Positions 26,493 through 34,849 of a stretch of DNA of 36,168 bases are shown here, piece after piece; within the stretch, counting starts at the first letter, position 1; each line of letters begins with the position of its first letter. Below the pieces are notes generated by a model that did no database searches, was not told where the DNA came from, and was given only the letters and a program-made list of their open reading frames with translations. Origin of the DNA: Paracoccaceae bacterium (GTDB taxonomy: Bacteria; Pseudomonadota; Alphaproteobacteria; Rhodobacterales; Rhodobacteraceae); contig JAESQH010000240.1 of NCBI GenBank assembly GCA_016765235.1, positions 1 through 36,168 of the forward strand. The letters run 5' to 3'. A program made the translations under genes and the position numbers.

Positions 26493-27154
26493 GGATCTAT
26501 ATCCTGTCTTGAAAGCTCCAACGGTTTTCGTAAAAATTCCTGCATCCAAATCGGCAGAGCTGAAAGACCTTCTCTTAGATCAACTGCAAGAGCATTTCCC
26601 TTGTCACCAGATGCCAAGAGCGCTTCGATTGCCCTTTTGACTTTTGCCCGTTCCTCTTTGTTGTTCATAACATCCTGCATCCAATGTAGGGCTTGAACTA
26701 TCGACATCGCAGGTCGGCCCGCCCAAAAAAGACGGCTTGGTGCCGCGTATTTAAAAACGATCTTCTGATTGCCAAAAGAGATCGTTTTGAGCCGTGCATC
26801 TACCAAGACCTCTATTTTTGCCGGAACAGCAGTTGTCAGCCCAAGCTCATTTGCTGCCGTCATACCATCTATGACAAATCGCGCTTTATCCCGTCTCGCA
26901 ACAGCCTCTATGACCGCACGATAATCAGGAACGGTTTCACTGTCGGTAAGGGAATTAAACGAAGGTTTATCATAAAGTCCTCGTTCGATGCGTCGCAGCT
27001 CACCACTTCTAGCAAGGCGCTGTAACGTTTTATCAACCGCATCACGCACAGCCAGATCGACAAAATCTCCGGGTGTCCAAACGCTCCTGGGATTTTGCGC
27101 TACGCGCTGCATCATTAGGTAGCGCAGTTTCGAGGTATTTTTTTTATTAGTCAT
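26489..27154 (-). CDS. abiEi: AbiEi-like antitoxin (DUF6088 family)
   Basis: VWTPGDF..RDAVDKTLQRL..GELRRIERGLYDKP, AANELGLTTAVP, QALHW. The start choice (27154) is uncertain. Confidence 0.85.
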   Translation of the reverse strand: MTNKKNTSKLRYLMMQRVAQNPRSVWTPGDFVDLAVRDAVDKTLQRLARSGELRRIERGLYDKPSFNSLTDSETVPDYRAVIEAVARRDKARFVIDGMTAANELGLTTAVPAKIEVLVDARLKTISFGNQKIVFKYAAPSRLFWAGRPAMSIVQALHWMQDVMNNKEERAKVKRAIEALLASGDKGNALAVDLREGLSALPIWMQEFLRKPLELSRQDIDP

Positions 27155-27222
27155 GTCCGAAATATGACACATACTTCGGACGAATCCAAGTATTGTCCGA
27201 AGTATGTGTCATATTTCGGACA
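27154..27222. promoter_or_regulatory. Perfect 28-bp inverted repeat with 13-bp spacer; each arm is itself GTCCGAA-N13-TTCGGAC; probable double AbiEi operator
   Basis: TGTCCGAAATATGACACATACTTCGGAC (27154-27181) is the exact reverse complement of 27195-27222. Confidence 0.8.
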
Positions 27223-27778
27223 AACTAGCTTGCGGAGACTGACTACTCAACTGAGAGTGCAATCGGCAAGACTCAAACAATTCTTCTGTCAATTCCTTTG
27301 CTATGGTGAGCTGCCCCAGCGCGTGGTTTGGTCCAAACAGCATGGTCTCTGACTTGTGCGTTGTGCTGTTGCGCAGATGCCGTGCTGCATCCCAACGTAT
27401 CGCTGTTTCAGGATCAATCAGGGCCTCATTTCTGGCCCAGTAGATGAGCTTCGCGTAAGTTTGCTTAAGAGTTGCTTCGGAAGCTCCCGTTTCGGCAATT
27501 GCCGCGCGCAGAGCGCTCTCCAAAAAGCGGAATAATTCTTCGATGCCTAGCGTGAACAAAGGATAGTGATAGCATCCGTAGACCATGCAAGATTGCGTGC
27601 GCTCGTAAATTTCTCGAAGGGCGACTGGCAATGTGGTGTGAATTCTAATCGATAATATCAAACGGACCCAATCCTCAGTCTTGTGAGAAGAAGGACCGAT
27701 TCCGTTAACAGTCCAGCCATCGAGGCGGAGATCGCGCTGCAAATGATTGGCCACAGTCAATTGGCGAGAATCCGTCAT
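27209..27778 (-). CDS. Hypothetical protein with HEPN-like R-x4-H motif
   Basis: 189 aa, helical-looking, LRNSTTH near the C-terminus (27373-27356); co-directional and immediately upstream of abiEi. Confidence 0.55.
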   Translation of the reverse strand: MTDSRQLTVANHLQRDLRLDGWTVNGIGPSSHKTEDWVRLILSIRIHTTLPVALREIYERTQSCMVYGCYHYPLFTLGIEELFRFLESALRAAIAETGASEATLKQTYAKLIYWARNEALIDPETAIRWDAARHLRNSTTHKSETMLFGPNHALGQLTIAKELTEELFESCRLHSQLSSQSPQASLSEI

Positions 27779-28212
27779 GAAGTAACCCTTTCATGTTTTC
27801 CTTAGTGTTGTTTGGTGAATTTGCCAATCTATTCGCCTAATAGTGATCGAGCAAGGGGATGCGCAGCCTTAAACCAAAATCTTAACAGTTTGCCTGCCCA
27901 TAAATTAACGCCCAACTTAGACAGATCAACGCTGAGGTTTTTTCAGCCCAGAGCACACATTGACGATCTACTCATACCTCACGGGAACTACGCTAAACTT
28001 TCATGTAATGAACCGCGGGTGCCGATTGCGGTTTTGGACGCCCGACGAACACCTCTAGCGTTACGCAAGCCATGCTTTGAAGTGACTTAATATTGTCAAA
28101 CACTTGTTGACTATATTGCAAACTTTCAAAGAGAGAGGTCGACCGAATAGTCTAATGACCCTCTTCCAAAAATTGGTCGGAAGATTTGCGCAATCCAAAG
28201 AAAAAAGATATG

Positions 28213-28506
28213 TCAACGAAAGTTCTCCGTTTTTAGAACCGAAACAGGCCCGTTAGCCCCCTGAATAACGATCCTGTCGCCAAAAAGAACAATCACAACC
28301 GACTTATCTGGATCGGTATCGTCTTCAATAGTAAGCACGGCTCGCCCGTGATCATTGTCCTTCGCTTCATCAAACCGCCCGCGGATATCAATTTCGGTTT
28401 CTTTAGGTGTCCAGAAGAAAGGCTTTTTCTTTGGGGTGCCATTACTGTTTTTGCCCATAAACACCGAGAGTCGTGCTTTATTCCACATCATAAATTCCTC
28501 AAACAA
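28213..28506 (-). CDS. Hypothetical protein, possibly with a frameshifted 5' end
   Basis: 97-aa frame. A strong AAGGAAAG SD and ATG at 28559 lie in a different frame. Confidence 0.4.
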   Translation of the reverse strand: MFEEFMMWNKARLSVFMGKNSNGTPKKKPFFWTPKETEIDIRGRFDEAKDNDHGRAVLTIEDDTDPDKSVVIVLFGDRIVIQGANGPVSVLKTENFR

Positions 28507-28656
28507 ATGCAGAGGGCTAGGTTAGACGGGGCGGCGATTGTTGTTAGTTCAGTGGTCATAGTTCTTTCCTTTGTGGTTTTATTGTCTTGTTTTCATTGGT
28601 TACTTATTGGGTGCCCTGCCCCGGGTTGGGGCAAATGCAGAAAAGCATCCGGTTGC

Positions 28657-29238
28657 TCACGCATACCAAGACCGGCTTTCGGGTTTTCCATCCCACAAAG
28701 ATGCACTTTGAAAGCTGGAAAGACTGATGCTTGGGGAACCCATGAACATCGAAACCTTGCGGCGCGTGGCTAGAGCAATAAATCTATCACCAGCAATCAC
28801 TTCGTCCGCAATACCGTGGGAAAGTGTTGAGCCCCCAACGTGGACACGGTTGATCTCACGCACTTCCACCATTGTTTTCCCGACGATCTTTGTGACTTTG
28901 TAGAAATCGACATTGGTCTGGTCATACCCCCATGACGAAACAAGAATATCGCCAAGTTTTAAGGTATGGGGTTGGTTAGCTTCCGCGCGGCGCTTGGCTT
29001 TTTCTTCGCTCAAAGTTTCAAGGTCTGCAAACCAGTTGTTCAACCATTTATCGCGCACCTCAACTGATCCGTAATAGTGGCGAAACGTTGGTTTTTTGGC
29101 ACGCCCCTTGAACCCGCACGCGGCAGGGTGTCCGTTTTTGTTGGTATAAATGTATACCTCGGCCTTTACCCCCTCACGGGTAACCAGCTTTGCCCCTACG
29201 GGGATGTAAAATTCTCGCTTGTGAACCTTTCCGGGCAT
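28657..29238 (-). CDS. Conserved hypothetical plasmid/phage protein (GDIL.SSWGYDQTNVDFY motif)
   Basis: AAGGAAG SD. The motif is familiar from mobile-element proteins; function unknown. Confidence 0.7.
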   Translation of the reverse strand: MPGKVHKREFYIPVGAKLVTREGVKAEVYIYTNKNGHPAACGFKGRAKKPTFRHYYGSVEVRDKWLNNWFADLETLSEEKAKRRAEANQPHTLKLGDILVSSWGYDQTNVDFYKVTKIVGKTMVEVREINRVHVGGSTLSHGIADEVIAGDRFIALATRRKVSMFMGSPSISLSSFQSASLWDGKPESRSWYA

Positions 29239-29303
29239 TTAAGACTTCCTTCATTTTGACTGGCGGTTTTTAGGTTTCTTGCCTTCTGTCCGCCTATGGG
29301 CAG

Positions 29304-29414
29304 CGCCTCGCCTGATCTGTTTGACGAATAAGCATGTATTCGGCCGGAACAGAGTGGGAGAGGGCGTAGCCCGACCCATGGTCACGCCTTGGCATGTCAA
29401 AGATCGCAGCGGCG
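29304..29414 (-). other. Extended imperfect hairpin containing TTGACA; candidate single-strand promoter / ssi-type signal
   Basis: Minus strand CGCC..GATCTTTGAC pairs with GTCAAA..AGATC..GGCG. Inner stems GGCGT/ACGCC, GACC/GGTC and GAATA/TATTC. Confidence 0.35.
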
Positions 29415-29686
29415 GAGATATCCGGCAATTTGCTTCGCGAGGAATGGCCCGTTTGGGACAGGGGAAATTACCGGATCTCGGGGGAGTGAAGACAAGACAC
29501 GGGCGGCGCCGTGGCGCAAGCAGCTCATAAAGCTGTGCCGTCAATTGACCTCCGAAGGCGGGACTGTTGGGCGGTTTTATCACTTCAAATGAAAATATCG
29601 TCGCGCTGTCTGGAATGAAATGGAAGGCAGTGCGTCCATACCTCATCTTGATCACCGCGCTGCAAGCGGGGATCTCAATATCTCTA

Positions 29687-29962
29687 CCCGCCTACGATAT
29701 TGCCTATTCCTACAACCCCCAGGGCTCGTGGACCCGCGATCACCAAATGAGTTTGGCGGGGAAACGCAATGAGTTCTCGCACGCAGACCTGCTGACCTTC
29801 GCATCCAACGTAGGCCTGAAGGAAGCAAAAGCCCGACAGGTAATAGACAATGTCTCGCGGTCGGTCGCAAAGTGGGAAACGCATGCCGAGAAGGCAGACG
29901 TTAACCCGGGGGACATCATCCGCATCGAGAAAACGTTTCGGCTGAAGCTACGAGGAAAATAG
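29687..29962 (+). pseudogene. hipA: 3' fragment of a HipA-family kinase toxin
   Basis: PAYDIAYSYNPQGSWTRDHQMSLAGKR..DLL.FA..GL..I..V...V..W; the upstream kinase core is missing. Confidence 0.8.
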
Positions 29963-30462
29963 ACTTTTGGTTCCAGTTGGTTACGAAGGAGTCAGAACCG
30001 GATGGTACTTGGTGGCGGCTCTTGTTCCACGCCAAACTTTTATACATTTACTAAAGCTTCCTGCACTCCGGGTCAGTGGCCCGATCACAATACATCGCGG
30101 CCACTGCCATAATTTGCCGCATGCTTTCGGAGGTGAAAATGCTTGCCAAGTCCACTGTCATGCCTATCTCCAAAATATCAGCATTAGGGCAGGTCGCAAA
30201 TAGAAGCGTCGCGCTAAGTATAGCATTCCACATGACTGTCGAAGGCGAACGTTCGCATGGAAAAACAATAACTGCTTGGATTCGTCGAGATATCAATTTT
30301 CATGCTGTCATTTCTGCGATGTAATCTGCCCAAAGGCTGAAGGCATCGGATATAATATGACGGTAGGATTGAGCGGTGGTCAGCGTCTAATGCAAAAAAT
30401 CCTGGTTAAGTAGTATGGATTTTTTTGGTTCACAAATACTCAAATATTACAACGGAACCCGC

Positions 30463-31749
30463 TCAAGCGTCTTCGAAAAATCCTTCATCAAGCCCTTCCC
30501 AGAACTCGAATATCGATCGGCCGTTCAAAGCTGAACGCCAGCCATGTCGCGAAAAATCCTCGCGATCCAGATCATTTTCAAGAGTCGCCAGAAATAGCCG
30601 CTTGTCCGCGTCCCGTTGGGTTGGCGTGCGATTAGCCACATGTGCCAGAACACGCTCCAGTCGCACCGCCCTGCCCCGCCGGTCGGCCGCTCGGTTTGCG
30701 TCGGCCAACTCCGCCGCATCCTCTTGTGCCGCCGCCTGGTTTACCCGCCTCGCCGCCGCGGCCTGTGCCTCAGGCGATGGCGCAGCAGGTTGTTTATCCA
30801 CATAATCATCGCGGATCGCGGCGCTCAGATACTGCGCAGCACTCCCCTTGATGGCCCCTGCCCTGCTTTTAGCTGCAACATAGGCAAGTTTTTGCACCAC
30901 ATAATCCTCGCCATGTTCCGCTATCCATTGGCGCGCCAATCGGTCCGAAACCCCCTGCCCCACAAGCTCGCCGTAAACACCCGACGTTCGTACCCCTTCG
31001 CTATCATCGATCTCGAACATCGCCAGTTGCGGGTTTTCCTTTATCAAAAACCGGATATGCGAAACCTTGCGGCCCTGTTTGCGAAACTCCGGGGTCACCA
31101 TAATATTCGAGGTTTTGTTAACCTCGACAACAGCAGGTTTGATAATCTTCGCATTCAAATGCTTGAAGCTTTCGTAATACGTGCTGTCACTCACCCCCAT
31201 CAGGCGGCGAAACAGGTCAATTTCCCACCATCCGGTCGATCCGGTGCGAACAAATCTAAAACAGTTCTCATACAGCGCCAAGCCGTGTCCGCTAGTAAAC
31301 CGTCGTTGGATATTAAGGTTAATCAGCGCAAAAATCTTGGGGTCAAACAGTTTTTCCGCCAACGCGGGGGAATAGGCGTATTCGCAAACTCCGGCCTTCA
31401 GCTTGGCATAGGAAAGCAGGCTGGATACCCCCCATTCCTGTTTTCCGTCCTTATCCAGCATGTCCCATTCCGCGACGGTTTCCGCCAGCGATCGCAAGGC
31501 CCCGCGCAACGTATCAATATCGTTGGAATTATACCCGATCATCAAACACAGTGTTTTGGCATCAATAGAATGCGACGGCTTGGTAATCAGTTCATCATAG
31601 GCATTCAGCAGTAAAACATTTGATAATTTCCGCTGCAACAACGACAGTTTGCCGCTTACATGAATTGCCGCTACATTCTTTTTCACGCTGTCACGCCGCA
31701 AAGCCCCTGACAGCTTTTCCCGCGGGATGGTATCTTCAACCTGATTCAT
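30463..31749 (-). CDS. repB: Plasmid replication initiator, Rep_3 family (RepB-type of Rhodobacterales)
   Basis: KLSLLQRKL.NVLL.NAY, LYENC.RF...GSTGW, LMGV....Y..FK.LNAK.IKPAV.EVN; adjacent iterons and divergent parAB. Confidence 0.85.
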   Translation of the reverse strand: MNQVEDTIPREKLSGALRRDSVKKNVAAIHVSGKLSLLQRKLSNVLLLNAYDELITKPSHSIDAKTLCLMIGYNSNDIDTLRGALRSLAETVAEWDMLDKDGKQEWGVSSLLSYAKLKAGVCEYAYSPALAEKLFDPKIFALINLNIQRRFTSGHGLALYENCFRFVRTGSTGWWEIDLFRRLMGVSDSTYYESFKHLNAKIIKPAVVEVNKTSNIMVTPEFRKQGRKVSHIRFLIKENPQLAMFEIDDSEGVRTSGVYGELVGQGVSDRLARQWIAEHGEDYVVQKLAYVAAKSRAGAIKGSAAQYLSAAIRDDYVDKQPAAPSPEAQAAAARRVNQAAAQEDAAELADANRAADRRGRAVRLERVLAHVANRTPTQRDADKRLFLATLENDLDREDFSRHGWRSALNGRSIFEFWEGLDEGFFEDA

Positions 31750-31960
31750 TCTGCTCGCCTGTTTTTTTCAAGACTGGCAGATAAGGAACCCACAATCAAC
31801 CCATATGAAGGTTCCTTTACCAGTTACCAGACTCCCGTATTTGGGTTCCTTTACCATGAAATTGGGGCTGTTGCGCAAATTTTGGCACTGGCGTACGTTC
31901 GAAATTCGTCTATTTAGGCCATTTTTGACTCATAATACGTGTTTTTAGGCCTCCTGACAG

Positions 31961-32048
31961 CGGGTTCCTTAGGTACCGGATTCGGGTTCCGCTCCACCTG
32001 TAAACGGGTTCCTTTCATCCTGTAAAATGGTGCCCTTCATACTGTATT
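31961..32048 (+). repeat. Four iteron-like repeats at exact 22-bp period (core GGGTTCC), plus three scattered copies at 31783, 31809 and 31843
   Basis: CGGGTTCCTTAGGTACCGGATT / CGGGTTCCGCTCCACCTGTAAA / CGGGTTCCTTTCATCCTGTAAA / ATGGTGCCCTTCATACTGTATT. Confidence 0.75.
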
Positions 32049-32073
32049 AGGGTCCGCAAACTAGGCTAACCTG

Positions 32074-32129
32074 TTGATATACTAATGTTTATTCTAAGTA
32101 AAGATTCTAAATATACATAAATACTTACA
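32074..32129. other. AT-rich DNA-unwinding element of the probable oriV
   Basis: Strongly A/T-biased tract with two ATTCTAA copies, following the iterons. Confidence 0.6.
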
Positions 32130-32190
32130 ACCTATAAGGCGCGATTCACGCCTGTGTGCCTTCTTTTTTTCTGATTTCAAGATAGATAAC

Positions 32191-32208
32191 GGTTTCGCAT
32201 GCGAAACC
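32191..32208. promoter_or_regulatory. 18-bp perfect palindrome GGTTTCGCATGCGAAACC, candidate parS
   Basis: An identical copy lies at 34748-34765; together they bracket parA-parB. Confidence 0.75.
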
Positions 32209-32292
32209 AAAGAACTGATTCCCTTCTACATACGGATATGCCATAGTTTTCCAGATAAGCAGCATAACACCTAACATAATAGGATACCTGCA

Positions 32293-33699
32293 ATGAGCAG
32301 AAAACCAGAACAGCCGTCCCCTCCGTACATGAATCTCGATCCAGAGAGTGCCGCCGCGAAACTAGGGGATCCTATCAACACCCACCGATTCGCCCAAGCC
32401 GCATCATTCTGCGCCAAAGGTCGCATTGATCTAGCCAAGCGCGGACACGCCCCGGATGGCAAAAAAAGGCTGCGGAAATTTTCGACTTGGGAGATCACAA
32501 AATACCTGATCCCTCTAGCCCCGGCCCACTTCCGTCGTGTCCTCAAGAACCACCCGGAGTTACCACAAGGCGAGACCGAAACCGGTACAGAAAACGGCGC
32601 CAAGTGGTTCAGCCTCGAAGAAATATTGATCCTGCGCGAACACTTCGCAGCCGAGGGGGTCGCGACCAAGGAATATAAGCCCTACAAACCCGAAGGCGCT
32701 CCTGCCAAGATCACCGCCATCGCCAATTTCAAAGGCGGTGTAGGCAAGACTTCGACAGCGGCTCATCTGGCAATGTCGGCAGCGTTGGACGGTTACAAAG
32801 TGCTGGTGATCGATCTTGATAGCCAAGGGTCTATGACCTCCATTATGGGAGGTCAGGTCGAGGATGAATGGTCCACGGTTTTCCCGCTGATAGCCAAGGA
32901 TTTTGCCAAATCGCTGGTGGCTGAAAATCAGATTCGCGAGGCTGCAAACGAGGCGCCTATTCCGCTCGATGAAACCTTGCAAGAGGCGTTGAATATAACG
33001 GCGGCGGATGTCATCCAAAGCACGCATTGGCCCAATATCGACCTTATCGGCGCACAGCTGAACCTCTATTGGGCGGAGTTTCAGATACCCGTATGGCGGA
33101 CAACGCTTAAGGGGTGGAAGTTATGGGACGGGCTGACAAATTTCCTTGAGGACGAGGGGATTTTGCAAAAGTACGATGTCATTATTCTGGATACCCCCCC
33201 TGCCCTCGGCTATCTGACGATCAACGCTTTGGCGGCAGCGGATATCCTGCTGGTTCCTCTTGGGGCGTCGTTTCTGGAATTCGATTCTACTGGCCGTTTC
33301 TTTGATATGCTTTACACCACATTCGCCTCGATCGAAGACGGGGAAAATGCGCTAAACCGTGCCGCCGGAATGCCGGAAGTTCGGTTTGAATGGGACGTGG
33401 TTCGCGCGATCATCACCCGCTTCGATGCCAGTCAACAAACAGAGCTGGCGAACGTCATCCAGGCGTATTTCGGGGATTTCATGAATGCCTACCGTCAAGA
33501 ATATACTGCGCTTGTCGGGCAAGCTGGTGAACAAGTGAACGGAATTTATGAGGCGGACTATCGGGATTTCAATCGGGAAACCTACGTACGCGGGCGAGAA
33601 ACTTTCGACAGAACTTACGCAGAATTTAAGGAATTGCTGATAGGTTGCTGGTGGCGCGATGCGCATATGGATGAAGGAGAGACCAATGGCGAGACGTAG
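32293..33699 (+). CDS. parA: ParA-family partition ATPase with N-terminal extension
   Basis: ANFKGGVGKT, DLDSQGS, ILDTPPALG, AAD.LLVP. Confidence 0.93.
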   Translation: MSRKPEQPSPPYMNLDPESAAAKLGDPINTHRFAQAASFCAKGRIDLAKRGHAPDGKKRLRKFSTWEITKYLIPLAPAHFRRVLKNHPELPQGETETGTENGAKWFSLEEILILREHFAAEGVATKEYKPYKPEGAPAKITAIANFKGGVGKTSTAAHLAMSAALDGYKVLVIDLDSQGSMTSIMGGQVEDEWSTVFPLIAKDFAKSLVAENQIREAANEAPIPLDETLQEALNITAADVIQSTHWPNIDLIGAQLNLYWAEFQIPVWRTTLKGWKLWDGLTNFLEDEGILQKYDVIILDTPPALGYLTINALAAADILLVPLGASFLEFDSTGRFFDMLYTTFASIEDGENALNRAAGMPEVRFEWDVVRAIITRFDASQQTELANVIQAYFGDFMNAYRQEYTALVGQAGEQVNGIYEADYRDFNRETYVRGRETFDRTYAEFKELLIGCWWRDAHMDEGETNGET

Positions 33700-34747
33700 A
33701 AGGTTAAACGCACCAAGCGCGGAGGATCTGGCGAAAATTGCGGAGGGTTTCGCTGCGGAACAGAACACGGGGAAACGCCCAGCAGGGCTTGGGCCATCGG
33801 CCCCGATTGCGCGGGTTGTTGGCGAAGCGGCAGGCATATCGACCGAAGAGCGGATCAAAGCGGCGAAATACGACACGGCCAAAGCAGATGGGCTGCTGGC
33901 GGTGAGTATTCCGCTGGATTCAATCATTGTGGACCACCTAAGCCGAGATCGTATGCGCGCTGACGATGACGAGTTGGCAGAGCTGCGCCACAGCATTCTT
34001 GCGCATGGTATGCGGATGCCAATCGAAGTTCTGGAGTTAGATACCGCGGATGATCCACAATACGGTCTTATATCCGGCTGGCGGCGGCTGGCGGCGCTTC
34101 GTGCGTTGGAGGTGGAAACCGGCAAGCCGGAATTCGGACAAATTGCAGCGCTGGTGCGCCGTCCCAAGGATGCGTCGGACGCGTATATCTCGATGGTTGA
34201 AGAAAACGAGATCAGATCGGATCTGAGCCAGTTTGAACGCGGCAGGATTGCTGTCGTTTCTTCGGGGCAGGGTGCATTCGATACGGTTGAAGACGCGGTG
34301 GACGCGCTGTTTGCGGCGGGATCAAAAGCGAAGCGTTCAAAAATTCGCAGCTTTGCTTTGATTTTCGAGGAGCTGGGCGATCTGCTGGTTTTCCCGACTT
34401 ATATGTCGGAGCGTGCGGGATTGCGATTGGCAGCGGCACTTAAGGCTGGCAAAGGGCATCATTTCCGTAAAGTGTTGGCCGACAGCACAGCCGAGACTTT
34501 CGAGGCGGAATGGAAGGTTCTGGAAGGGCCGCTCAAGGATCACGAAGCCGATCTAAAGGTTAAGGTGACCGAGCGGCGCGCCCCGAAACCCGTTAAACAC
34601 GGGGTCATTGAATTGGCGAATGGCATTACAATCGAGAAGATTAACTCCGACGGCTTTATCGATATACGGTTTCGCGGAAAACATGCGGATAATGTGCTGG
34701 TTGATACAGTGATGTTGGAAATTCAGAGATTACTGGAGCCGATCTAG
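33686..34747 (+). CDS. parB: ParB-family partition protein
   Basis: AAGGAG SD plus ATG 33686; RDR, G.RMPIEV, LISGWRRL.AL, MVEENEIR.DLS.FE.G. Confidence 0.92.
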   Translation: MARRRRLNAPSAEDLAKIAEGFAAEQNTGKRPAGLGPSAPIARVVGEAAGISTEERIKAAKYDTAKADGLLAVSIPLDSIIVDHLSRDRMRADDDELAELRHSILAHGMRMPIEVLELDTADDPQYGLISGWRRLAALRALEVETGKPEFGQIAALVRRPKDASDAYISMVEENEIRSDLSQFERGRIAVVSSGQGAFDTVEDAVDALFAAGSKAKRSKIRSFALIFEELGDLLVFPTYMSERAGLRLAAALKAGKGHHFRKVLADSTAETFEAEWKVLEGPLKDHEADLKVKVTERRAPKPVKHGVIELANGITIEKINSDGFIDIRFRGKHADNVLVDTVMLEIQRLLEPI

Positions 34748-34765
34748 GGTTTCGCATGCGAAACC
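34748..34765. promoter_or_regulatory. Second copy of the palindrome GGTTTCGCATGCGAAACC, candidate parS
   Basis: Begins at the base immediately after the parB stop codon. Confidence 0.75.
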
Positions 34766-34849
34766 ATAAGGAGGTATAACCTTGCATATCTTCTGATAGT
34801 GCGATATTAACTGTGCATATTATCCATCCCATGGAGTAAATACATAGTT

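Noticed and set aside
28105-28121. GTCAA-N7-TTGAC dyad in the AT-rich intergenic region
   Set aside because: Five-bp arms are expected by chance, and no cognate regulator is evident.
29251-29655. 134-aa minus ORF and overlapping small plus ORFs
   Set aside because: No SD or motif, and Pro/Arg-rich composition; the region is better explained as structured non-coding DNA.
30051-30324. Two opposing ORFs of about 80 aa between the hipA remnant and rep
   Set aside because: No recognisable motif or convincing SD; I cannot tell which, if either, is real.
30616-31614. 332-aa plus-strand ORF
   Set aside because: Entirely antisense to the Rep_3 initiator; a shadow frame.
33352-34167. 271-aa minus-strand ORF
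   Set aside because: Antisense to parA/parB with low-complexity Ser/Arg/Ala composition.
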